Source: a virus
Taxonomy: Duplodnaviria > Caudoviricetes
DNA length: 64,000 bases
Strand: one strand, 5' to 3'
IMG/VR virus record: IMGVR_UViG_3300028601_000026
Coordinates: 25,984-89,983 of that record
The notes under the pieces: model-generated
The model's database searches: none
What the model was told of the DNA's origin: nothing
The model's input: only the letters and a program-made list of their open reading frames with translations
Position numbers and translations under genes: made by a program
In this document: one piece after another, positions 18,344-26,509 of the stretch
Position numbering within the stretch: the first letter of the stretch is position 1
How the letters are laid out: each line of letters starts with the position of its first letter

Positions 18344-18363
18344 CATACTCCCCCTAGATAAAT

Positions 18364-18391
18364 CAAGGGGGTTTACGATGCTCTTGCTAAA
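18364..18391. repeat. 28-bp exact direct repeat, copy 1 (caagggggtttacgatgctcttgctaaa)
   Basis: Identical to 50990..51017. Confidence 0.95.
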
Positions 18392-18400
18392 TTAAAATAA

Positions 18401-18430
18401 AAAAAACGGGCCGATAGTGGCCCGTTTTTT
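18401..18430. terminator. Bidirectional intrinsic terminator
   Basis: aaaaaacgggcc-gatagt-ggcccgtttttt between convergent operons. Confidence 0.9.
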
Positions 18431-18450
18431 ATTTCAATGTCAAAGAGATT

Positions 18451-18786
18451 CTATGGGAGAGGACCTTCTTCTTCTTCTTGCGGGCTCCAATACTGTAGAA
18501 ATTTCTTTACCAGGGGGGATTTACTGCTTTGTGGGAAGAAGGTGGCCAGGAGGTAGCTGTCCGGATGAACGTACGTAACTACCTCCTCCAGCTCTTTAGT
18601 GTCCAAAGCCAGAGCATCCAGTCCTCCTACCGGGATGAACATGTTGTTTTCCTGAATAAACACTGCGTGCGTGAGGGCCAGACTCCAATTACTTTCGGAA
18701 ATCGGTGTTTTGCAAAACCCGAGAAGGGAGCCGAACGAGGTGCCTACCAGCACAAGGGGCTTATCCGATGCTTGCCTGTCGGACAT
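18451..18786 (-). CDS. Hypothetical protein
   Basis: 111 aa, overlaps the ruvC 3' end, ends before the terminator. Confidence 0.65.
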   Translation of the reverse strand: MSDRQASDKPLVLVGTSFGSLLGFCKTPISESNWSLALTHAVFIQENNMFIPVGGLDALALDTKELEEVVTYVHPDSYLLATFFPQSSKSPLVKKFLQYWSPQEEEEGPLP

Positions 18787-19381
18787 ATTCTAATCTCTTT
18801 CTCAGCCTGTCACGGCTGGTTTCGTAGGTAATGGCCTGTTTGGGGGCCTTCTGATACCATAAATACTTGGCAAGAAAATAAGCATCCGCAGCATCATCGG
18901 TTAAAGTTGCCAAGGCTGCGGAAAGCAATGAAGGGTCTTCAAACCGCATCTCTGCTTTAGCCTGCTCCAGGACAGCCTGTTTAGAAGCGGCACCCGTACC
19001 AAGGGCAAACTTCTTCAGCACCTTAGGCTCCACCAGATGCAGGGGTACCCCTTTCAACAGAAAATTACTTTTTAAAATACCTCCCAGCTCCCCCAGGGTG
19101 AACGCCCGGTGCACACTGTTGAAGGAGTAATCTTCATACGCTACCTGCAATTGATCCCAGGATACTCCAGGGCTGGCCAGGGTCACTGTTCGGTCAAGGT
19201 ACGCCTGAATGCATAGCATGCGCTGCAAGGCGTCGTGCTCTCTCGGGGTTTTTTGTCTTTTGGCACGCGGAGGCACTTCGTCATGGCTGTTCAGCAGCAG
19301 CCGGATTTCTCCTTTTGGGGAAAGGACAACGAAGGCGGTGTTTGCCAAGGAAGGATCCAACCCAGCGTAGCACTGCCTCAT
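18761..19381 (-). CDS. ruvC: RuvC-like Holliday junction resolvase
   Basis: Catalytic motifs YAGLDPSLANTA, VAYEDY, KVLKKFALGTGAASK, DDAADAYFLA. Confidence 0.9.
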   Translation of the reverse strand: MRQCYAGLDPSLANTAFVVLSPKGEIRLLLNSHDEVPPRAKRQKTPREHDALQRMLCIQAYLDRTVTLASPGVSWDQLQVAYEDYSFNSVHRAFTLGELGGILKSNFLLKGVPLHLVEPKVLKKFALGTGAASKQAVLEQAKAEMRFEDPSLLSAALATLTDDAADAYFLAKYLWYQKAPKQAITYETSRDRLRKRLEYVRQASIG

Positions 19382-19785
19382 GGTTTTCTTTTTCTGGAAG
19401 CCGACCGGGTTTTCTTGGAAGGCTTGTTGTCCCGCAGATAGAGGCGACGGATCTCCTCATTGCGCTTGGCACGAATCGTGGTGCCATCCTCTGAGCGGAC
19501 AAACTCACCTTTTCGACCGGAGGTCATAAGAATGTCTATCTGCTGCTGCAGGACTCCGTGGGTATAGTAGGCGCGGTTCCCGCAGTAAACGCAGGACCAG
19601 GTATAGGGTTCGGGCTGAGAAACCCAATGTTTCCCCCCACACTTATGGCAGGCTCCTGCGGGGCGAAACAGGGGGATATCATCTGTCGGACTGTTGATCT
19701 TTTCCAGCAGATCCTTCCGCAGCTGCTTCTTGCCTCTGCGCAGGCTGGAGGGGTAGTCAAAGGGAGCGGAAGAACGACACATCAC
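19378..19785 (-). CDS. Zn-ribbon protein with basic C-terminus
   Basis: CHKCGG...WSCVYCGNR; coupled to ruvC. Confidence 0.7.
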   Translation of the reverse strand: MMCRSSAPFDYPSSLRRGKKQLRKDLLEKINSPTDDIPLFRPAGACHKCGGKHWVSQPEPYTWSCVYCGNRAYYTHGVLQQQIDILMTSGRKGEFVRSEDGTTIRAKRNEEIRRLYLRDNKPSKKTRSASRKRKP

Positions 19786-19895
19786 AAATTACCTCATTAG
19801 CAGAGCCTTGGTAGGCAAATAACATTGTCTATTCTAATTAACTTAAATTCAAAATATAATGGCTGTTTTTTCTAGATTTTTAAGTGAGCAAAGCT

Positions 19896-19929
19896 AAAAA
19901 AAAGAGCACCTTTTTAGGGGTGCTCTTTT
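19896..19929 (-). terminator. Intrinsic terminator downstream of the RT
   Basis: aaaagagcacc...ggtgctctttt stem with long U tract on the minus strand. Confidence 0.8.
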
Positions 19930-19985
19930 CTGGTAGGAAACAGGACGCTTCATTCCAGGAGTGGACTTTTTTAATTTTTTAATAT

Positions 19986-21278
19986 TTAAAGAACGCTCTC
20001 CCAGTGGCCTGTGTTTTCCTGGGTAAGACTTTCCGAAGAGTTCCGGGTTCTTGAACAGGCAGAAGAGAGCCTCTCCAGAAAAACTTCAACAGATTCAACT
20101 TTTCTGTTGTAGGTTTTGAGAGCCAGAAAAACAGGCTCGGCCAGTCTCTGGGATACCCCTTGGGGATTTTCCCGCAGAAAAACACAGGCTTGAAACAGTT
20201 TTTTCAGGAGACTGCCCTGTTCTTTGCTGACAGAGTCTATGTAAGCCACGTGTCCTCGCATGATAGACAAAAACTGTTCATCCCTGGCGTGTTGTGTGAT
20301 AGCAAAGACCGCCCGGTCTTCCCCCACATTTTCCGTGGGAAACTCTGCCGCTCGAAAAGGATATAAAGAGAAATAGGTGTTCGCTGCCTCTGTGACAGAG
20401 GTACGGCAAGCATTGAACAATGCAGCACGAATCCGCTGAAACCGCTCAAGGTCCACCCGGGCTTTCACATTCAAAACGACTCCGAGAAACCGCTGATTAC
20501 GAAAAGGGTGGTTCTTCGGGGTAACAGACCATTTGTGCGTTTGGAATCCTCTGCGGGACATCACCACATGTACGTATTGGCGATATTCCTTAATAAGCTC
20601 TAGGGGAGCGTCTCCATCGACAAACAGCACCAAGTTGTCACAGTAACGCACGTACTCTAGGGAGGCCCGGGGGTATTCCTTTTGCTTTCGCGCTACCCAA
20701 GCCAAAATATCCCTGTCGTACAGCGCATATCCCACCAGATTGGAAAGCAGGGCACTGCAGGGAGACCCCTGCTGCAGTGTATGTACCCAACGGTCGCTCT
20801 GTCTCCTACGTACAATGCAGTAGCGGGCAATCAGCTTCGCGCCTGCCTCCGACATAGCTCCCAGAGCACACAGTGTCTTGACTATTTTACGCATGGAAAT
20901 GTTGTCAAAGTACCCTTTGATATCACAATGGACCATGTACTTCCTGCCCAGATATTTTTGCAGCTCTTTTTTGTAATTCACCCCTTTGCGGTACGCCAGT
21001 AGATGTTCATGCGGAAAGCTGTCTTGTATTTGATCAAAGGGGATATTCAGCGCGGTCTGGATACGCGCCAGAGTCGTATCTGACTTGTAGGTATCCCGTC
21101 CCTTGACTTTTACCAAGTGTTGCATATGGTTGCGGCGCAGACTCCCATTCTTATCTTTTCCTCCCACCCAGGACAAATACTTGGTCTTGATCTTCAGGAG
21201 AGCCCCCAGTTCATCCCAGCCGTGCACAAGACTCAAAGGAGAGTCAAATACCTCTTCTGTATATTTTTGGCACTTCAT
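19986..21278 (-). CDS. Retron-like reverse transcriptase with non-canonical YCDN motif
   Basis: AYRKG, HCDIKGYFDNI (motif A Asp), LQQGSPCSALLSNL, YVRYCDNLVL (codons tac tgt gac aac), QRFLGVVLN, thumb IRAALFN...GHVAYIDSV. Confidence 0.9.
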   Translation of the reverse strand: MKCQKYTEEVFDSPLSLVHGWDELGALLKIKTKYLSWVGGKDKNGSLRRNHMQHLVKVKGRDTYKSDTTLARIQTALNIPFDQIQDSFPHEHLLAYRKGVNYKKELQKYLGRKYMVHCDIKGYFDNISMRKIVKTLCALGAMSEAGAKLIARYCIVRRRQSDRWVHTLQQGSPCSALLSNLVGYALYDRDILAWVARKQKEYPRASLEYVRYCDNLVLFVDGDAPLELIKEYRQYVHVVMSRRGFQTHKWSVTPKNHPFRNQRFLGVVLNVKARVDLERFQRIRAALFNACRTSVTEAANTYFSLYPFRAAEFPTENVGEDRAVFAITQHARDEQFLSIMRGHVAYIDSVSKEQGSLLKKLFQACVFLRENPQGVSQRLAEPVFLALKTYNRKVESVEVFLERLSSACSRTRNSSESLTQENTGHWESVL

Positions 21279-22030
21279 TACAATCCTCCCGTTATTTCAC
21301 AAATTGAAGTCAGGTAGGTATCCACAGCGGAAGATACTTTCTGGGCTTTACGTAATGGGCTTTCTATAGTAGCAGGAGCGCTTCTCCAACGTATATAATG
21401 AGCCAAAGGTACTGAAATACTTTTTGGAGGCAACCACACCCCGTTATAGCAAAGCCCTACCAAAGATTGGGCCCTTCCCTCCAGGCGGAGCCCCGGAAGC
21501 TTGTACCTGTAAACTCGGGAAGACGCCCCCCTCAATCCCCCCACTATTCTATGATGGCGCGTAGCGGAATTAAGATAAGCCAGTGGGAAGAGGGCATAGT
21601 ACTGAGTGAACAGTTTCTGCATCGTATAGGGGTTAGCAGCGGCAGAGAAGGTTAAATAATCGTATCTGGAAAAAGAAATTATCGCGGCGTTTGGAAATAG
21701 GCTTCTCAGACGGTATCGGTTTTCCTCCTTATTAAACCAATCCTTGTTTACAAAAAACAGGTGCCGGAAGGATTTATACGCCGTTTTTCTCGGCAAGACG
21801 GGAGTGTCTCCTGCAGCGAGATCCACCGACAAGAGGCAGGGAGGAGACTCGTTCCCATGATCCTCGTAGAAAGTCCCTTCTCGGAGATCTTCAAGGCTTA
21901 GAGTTCTTTGCTCAAAAGAGGGGGATAGGAGCTGTTCAATCTCCGCTACAAGCTGTGGAGGCAGGCTTCCAGGGTCTTCAAAGTTCTCCAAAACAAGGTC
22001 ATCTCTTTGCTCATCGCTTTGCGTAGGCAT
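21278..22030 (-). CDS. Uncharacterised RT partner protein (250 aa)
   Basis: RBS aaagga; its TAA overlaps the RT ATG (taatg); acidic N-terminus, basic/aromatic C-terminal half. Confidence 0.8.
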   Translation of the reverse strand: MPTQSDEQRDDLVLENFEDPGSLPPQLVAEIEQLLSPSFEQRTLSLEDLREGTFYEDHGNESPPCLLSVDLAAGDTPVLPRKTAYKSFRHLFFVNKDWFNKEENRYRLRSLFPNAAIISFSRYDYLTFSAAANPYTMQKLFTQYYALFPLAYLNSATRHHRIVGGLRGASSRVYRYKLPGLRLEGRAQSLVGLCYNGVWLPPKSISVPLAHYIRWRSAPATIESPLRKAQKVSSAVDTYLTSICEITGGL

Positions 22031-22077
22031 GCTTTTTCCTTTCTCTGTAAGGTTGCTAAGCTGTTACTAGGGACATG

Positions 22078-22108
22078 TTCTTATAACAAATAAGTCTTCA
22101 ATTTTATG
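22078..22108 (-). promoter_or_regulatory. Phage promoter-like motif CAnAAA-N13-TTGTTATAAGAA, copy 1
   Basis: Exact 12-mer shared with 41408 and 53420; about 48 nt upstream of the RT operon. Confidence 0.7.
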
Positions 22109-22216
22109 GGGGTCTTCACCATTTATTTAATAGACACCGTTCAGCTTATTACAGGAGCAGCTAAGATCTTTATCCTGCCGACGGAATAGCTCCTACCCTC
22201 CCGCTGCTTATTTTCT

Positions 22217-23260
22217 ATGAGTGGCAGAAAGAGACCACATCCCATGATCACCCTTGTTGACCAACAGAACGACCAGGATTTTTCTGTATTTCATAAAATA
22301 CTCGGAGGCCTTCAAGATGAAGTGCTATTAGGGGCTCTCAACGACATCGAGCTCGATTCAGAGATTTATGCCAAACTGCCCATGGAACAGTTTGCTCTTC
22401 CGGAATTACGGAAATTCCCCGTGAACTCCGCAGAGGATGCCCTGCTCAGTAAACTGTACTTCGAGCAACAGCGCCCTCTACTGTCGGAGGCCCTGGAGGA
22501 TAAAGTCGCTGAGCGCATCAGTACGTTCCTGAACCTGTACAATCTTCCCGAGGAAGTATTTGCCCAGGCTGGCAGTGTCAAAGAAGCTGCCGAGGAGAAA
22601 ACGCCTATCTATCTCCTGCCAGAACAACGCTTATGCCGAGTTGCTGGCACGGAGGATCTTGTCAAAGCGGCTCAGCTGTTTGAACGTGAAAAAACCAAGC
22701 TGCCCATCCCTCAGCGTGTCGAGTTTTCTCAGAATTTTGTTAAGTCTGCGTCCACTTTCGGACTGTTGGAAATCCCCTGTGATATTGCCAAGTATGCCAG
22801 CTGCCTGGATACAGACCTGGGTACTACCCGTTATCTGTTGGACATCCGAGCAGCGGCTGTGCGGCGCAAAGGGGGAGATCCCAGTGTTTATGTAAAGCTG
22901 GCAAGCCTCCTGGGGCATATTGAGGTCACTCCAGACAAGGAGGAGCTTTCCAAACTGGCGAGTCTTATCTACACCCTGGATAAGCAACATGGCCTCGATG
23001 CGCCGGCTTATGATAGGAAGCTGCCCTGTGCCTATACCACCGTGTTCAACCAGGCCGACTCTGCTGTGGAAAAGCAGGCAGCCCAGGAAGAGGTCCCCTT
23101 CCGAGAACTTACCAAAGCGGAGCTGGTTGCCCGCTATGGGGAAGACCTCGTTGCAGAGGTTGAAGGGCACGATGGCGAAGTTGACTACGATAAGTTGCAG
23201 GACATCCTGCACCGTTCCGGGGTGGGTGTACCGGGAAGCACCTCGGAGGGGGCAGACTGA
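22217..23260 (+). CDS. Head-assembly-associated hypothetical protein
   Basis: 347 aa (start may be 22244); FALPELRKFPVNSAED resembles the DUF6582 motif; first gene of the terminase block. Confidence 0.6.
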   Translation: MSGRKRPHPMITLVDQQNDQDFSVFHKILGGLQDEVLLGALNDIELDSEIYAKLPMEQFALPELRKFPVNSAEDALLSKLYFEQQRPLLSEALEDKVAERISTFLNLYNLPEEVFAQAGSVKEAAEEKTPIYLLPEQRLCRVAGTEDLVKAAQLFEREKTKLPIPQRVEFSQNFVKSASTFGLLEIPCDIAKYASCLDTDLGTTRYLLDIRAAAVRRKGGDPSVYVKLASLLGHIEVTPDKEELSKLASLIYTLDKQHGLDAPAYDRKLPCAYTTVFNQADSAVEKQAAQEEVPFRELTKAELVARYGEDLVAEVEGHDGEVDYDKLQDILHRSGVGVPGSTSEGAD

Positions 23261-23940
23261 TGGACTCCTTGCAGGTATTAGCCGGCCACCCCATCGATCT
23301 TTATCGGAAGCTGGAGGCCACTTTTCCTGACTCGGAAGCTCCCTGGTTGGGGTGGGAACCGGAAACGGTGCTTGCTTCTCTCCCGGAGGTTACCGATGAC
23401 CTTGCCAAAGACAAGATTCTGGCTATCCAGGCTCTGGCTTCCAACAGTTCCTTAGGCTGTTCCGTAGCAATCGCCTTTGAAAAAGTGGTGCATGGTTTTT
23501 GTAACAACCCCTGCATAATGGATGCTGCGCAACCCCCTGGAGTAGAGGAGATCTACTATGCCGTAACTCAAATCCGAGCTCTGGTACAGGAAGTCCATGG
23601 CAAACCGGCTGTTTTCTCTGGGCAGGTTCCTGGCTATGTCGCAGCTGCAGGCCATTATCATGGGTGGTTCTTGTTCCCGGAAGAACTCTCTTTTGCCTCC
23701 GAGTTTCTTGAGCATCTCTCCGGAGTGGTACCAGGTTCCCGTAGGTACACAGACTATGCGGATCTGTTTACACAGGGGAAAGACTTGCTGAAAGCACTTG
23801 AGAACACCTCTCTGAGTCTGGGGGATCTGAAGGCTATGGATAATCTGCCGGAGGATTCTCCGGCAGCTAACCTACTACGCAGGGTGCTGCGCTGTCTGTT
23901 GTACGATCCGACACTGCCCTACCAGGAGGGGATTTCCTAG
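23260..23940 (+). CDS. Hypothetical protein upstream of terminase
   Basis: 226 aa, coupled upstream (tgatg), ends one base before the terminase start. Confidence 0.7.
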   Translation: MDSLQVLAGHPIDLYRKLEATFPDSEAPWLGWEPETVLASLPEVTDDLAKDKILAIQALASNSSLGCSVAIAFEKVVHGFCNNPCIMDAAQPPGVEEIYYAVTQIRALVQEVHGKPAVFSGQVPGYVAAAGHYHGWFLFPEELSFASEFLEHLSGVVPGSRRYTDYADLFTQGKDLLKALENTSLSLGDLKAMDNLPEDSPAANLLRRVLRCLLYDPTLPYQEGIS

Positions 23941-23941
23941 T

Positions 23942-25522
23942 ATGGCGGTGGTTGAAGTAGCTCTAGATTTGACAAAGGCCGATGCTGCTCAGGCGTTGCT
24001 GCACCTGGAGGGTCGGCCTTATTCATTGCGCAACTACCCAATGTTTGTGGATATCTTTAACTCTCCCTGGCCTCGAGTCCTCATGAAATCCGGGCGACAG
24101 GTATCCAAAACCATCACTATGGCCGCGTTGATGGTGACCGATGCCTCCATGGTACCTCACAAACCTTCCCTGTACGCCAATGCCTCTGGAAATCAGACCA
24201 GTTCTTTTTCCACGTCGAAACTCGATCCCTTTCTCCTGCACAGCCCCGCGATTTATCACAACCTAATGCAGGCCAAGAACGTCTTGAATAACGTGCTGTA
24301 TAAGCGCTTTGCCAACTGGTCAGAATTGCGCCTTACCTACTTTTCTGAATCGGCGGACCGAGTACGCGGTATTTCCGGACACCACTTTTACCTGGATGAG
24401 ATACAGGACATTCTCTACGACGCCATCATTGACGCAGAGGAGTGCCTGTCCGCAGCCAGTGATCCTCGATTTACCTATGCGGGGACCTCTAAAACCCTGA
24501 CTTCGACCCTGGAGTTTTTCTGGACGTTGTCCACACAGAAATCCTGGGTAATCAAGTGTGAAGCTTGCGGTAAGTGGAATCTGCCTTCCATTGAAAATAT
24601 TCAGCGCAAGGGCCTGTGCTGTAAAAAGTGCGGACACTTGCTGAACACTTTTAAGGGTATTTGGCGCTCCATGCGGGAGTTTGATGGAAAAGAGCCCCTT
24701 TTCGATGGCTACCATATTCCTCAAATTATCCTGCCTTTGCACTGCAACAGCCCGGAAAAGTGGGCCAAACTCATTGAAAAAATGGAGACCTACCCCTCCT
24801 ATAAATTCAATAACGAAGTTCTGGGGCTTCCCGAAGGGGAAGGTGATTCTCCCATAACCGAGGATATGCTGCGGAAGGCTTGTATACCTGAGCTTCGCAT
24901 GGAAACCCGGCTGACGGAACACAACGCCGCGGGAGCTACCTATTTCGTGGCAGGTATTGACTGGGGGGGAAATGGCATTGAAGGAACCAGTCGGACTACC
25001 TTATCCGTGTACGCGGTGTATCCCGAGCGAGTACAGAGCACAAAAATCTACGGCCAAATCTTCGGGCCGGGCGATCCCACCAAGCATGTAGAAGAAATCT
25101 CCTCCGCCTTGAAGCGCTTCGGAGTGCATATGGCTTTTGGTGACCATGGCGGGGGAAACTTCGCCATGGCCATGCTGCAGAATATCACCCCTACTGTACG
25201 CATCGTGCCTGTGATGTATACGGATCAGGCAGCCCCCTATCGTTGGGATGAGGATGCCCATCGCTATACAGTGAATCGTACCCGACTGATCGATGCCTTT
25301 TTCATGGCCATGCGCACCGGAGAGGTTCATACCATGCGCTGGGAAGATTTCCAGAGGTTTTCTCCAGATATTCTCGCTGTCTATCAGGAAATCATCGGAG
25401 ATAATCAGGGGAAAGGCCGACGTGTTTGGCGCCGCTATCCCTCGAAGCCGGATGACATCCTGCATAGCATGGTGTTTGGCTGGTTCGCCGCCCGTGTCAT
25501 GAGTGGCAATATGGAGTTCTGA
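23942..25522 (+). CDS. terL: Terminase large subunit (GpA-like)
   Basis: Walker A MKSGRQVSKT, Walker B YLDEIQD, CxxC/CxxC Zn module, nuclease AGIDWGG, FGDHGGG, PDDILHS. Confidence 0.9.
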   Translation: MAVVEVALDLTKADAAQALLHLEGRPYSLRNYPMFVDIFNSPWPRVLMKSGRQVSKTITMAALMVTDASMVPHKPSLYANASGNQTSSFSTSKLDPFLLHSPAIYHNLMQAKNVLNNVLYKRFANWSELRLTYFSESADRVRGISGHHFYLDEIQDILYDAIIDAEECLSAASDPRFTYAGTSKTLTSTLEFFWTLSTQKSWVIKCEACGKWNLPSIENIQRKGLCCKKCGHLLNTFKGIWRSMREFDGKEPLFDGYHIPQIILPLHCNSPEKWAKLIEKMETYPSYKFNNEVLGLPEGEGDSPITEDMLRKACIPELRMETRLTEHNAAGATYFVAGIDWGGNGIEGTSRTTLSVYAVYPERVQSTKIYGQIFGPGDPTKHVEEISSALKRFGVHMAFGDHGGGNFAMAMLQNITPTVRIVPVMYTDQAAPYRWDEDAHRYTVNRTRLIDAFFMAMRTGEVHTMRWEDFQRFSPDILAVYQEIIGDNQGKGRRVWRRYPSKPDDILHSMVFGWFAARVMSGNMEF

Positions 25523-25525
25523 TCT

Positions 25526-25560
25526 AAAAAAAATCCCGAGTGCTTTTGCCTCGGGATTTT
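25526..25560. terminator. Bidirectional intrinsic terminator
   Basis: aaaaaaaatcccgag-tgcttttgc-ctcgggatttt. Confidence 0.9.
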
Positions 25561-26187
25561 CATTCTTTCACTCACTAAGCGGGGGAGAAGGCTAGCCTTT
25601 TGGGTAGCCTTCTGCTTGGTTTGGCAGACTATGTCTGCCTGTCAGAGATGGAAAATGACCCATCTGAGTGAAACTCTTGTCTTCTGTCTTGGGCCCGTCT
25701 GGGGCGGGTTGAGGTTACTATGAGATCTATTCCATGCTCCAGCCGATGGTCGGTTGAAAAAGTCTTCAGAGTGCCTGTAGGAGCACCGCTCCGGAAGGCT
25801 ACCTGAAGCTTTTTCATAAGACCTCGAGCTGGAAAAAGTAAGTGCCGGACTTTGTCCGGCTTATTCTTTTTCCAAAGAATAATCTAACCTCTAAGTGTTT
25901 CCAGTACAAACCTGTTCTTTCTAGGAAGGTATGCTCCGAAAACACCCATCTTTCTGTCCTGCTTACTCCTCTCTACTATGGCTAGACCGGGTGGGATCCG
26001 ATCCGCCGGCGCCGCAGGATGACTGGGTGGGGGTGACCGCGTCCGCGTGCCATCTCGGTCTCCAAGGGAAGCCTCAACCTCCGGTTGAGAGTGCCGAAGG
26101 CACGTGCTTCCTAGAGGAGACCCCTCGTAGAAGACAGACTTTGTCTGCCGATGGAGAGGTTCTTCTCCATTCAACTAGAAGGAGTTT
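25561..26187 (-). ncRNA. Candidate large structured non-coding RNA (~630 nt), no recognised family
   Basis: No credible ORF; many nested helices, three GAC-AWA-GUC hairpins, a C(UUCG)G tetraloop on the minus strand; bounded by the Sm-like gene stop and a terminator. Confidence 0.65.
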
Positions 26188-26415
26188 TTACTTCCGGGCA
26201 ATGCTGGCTACATGGTCGAGGTTAATGAGGGCTTCCCGTACGCTGAGCTCCCCATTAGCCAGCGTGACTTCAGATCGAAGCGTAAAGAATTTACCCTTAG
26301 TGGACACGACCGTACCGGTCAGGGCCGCTCCGCCGTAGATAAATACTCTTGCCTCTTTCCCCAGCCAGGCTTGTATCGCTTCGTAGCCCATTGGTGAAAA
26401 TGTCGTGTCAGTCAT
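26188..26415 (-). CDS. Sm/Hfq-like fold protein (75 aa)
   Basis: WLGKEARVFIYGGAALTGTVVS (Sm1-like) and ALINLDHVASI (Sm2-like). Confidence 0.6.
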   Translation of the reverse strand: MTDTTFSPMGYEAIQAWLGKEARVFIYGGAALTGTVVSTKGKFFTLRSEVTLANGELSVREALINLDHVASIARK

Positions 26416-26509
26416 GACATCACCTGCCTAAACCCGGTCTTGCATGTTCTTTTAACAAAACATGGTCCTTTTTTTGAAAAATTGAAGCAGGCAAAATATT
26501 ATTATCTCC

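Noticed and set aside
18364-18392. 28-bp repeat as a Xer dif site
   Set aside because: Only partial likeness to the XerD arm, no XerC arm symmetry and no recombinase in the window.
19786-19985. msr-msd or repeat array beside the RT
   Set aside because: Both flanking gaps are about 200 nt, AT-rich and accounted for by terminator and promoter motifs; no a1/a2 inverted repeats or regularly spaced array seen.
19986-21278. RT as DGR or group II intron
   Set aside because: No template/variable repeat pair found, no DGR-type GNLTSQ motif, no domain V/VI RNA or maturase/endonuclease extension.
25623-25639. Group I intron S-element-like AGACAUAGUC
   Set aside because: No matching R element and no interrupted gene; the string is locked in a hairpin.
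25844-25863. RNase P-like strings (AAAGUCCGG on minus, CGGCUUA on plus)
   Set aside because: They are the two arms of one local hairpin; GAGGAAAGUCC and a matching distal P4 strand are absent.
25629-26338. Short ORFs 25629..25817, 25884..26174 and 25931..26338
   Set aside because: No clear RBS or recognisable domain; better explained as chance ORFs in a structured RNA, though not formally excluded.
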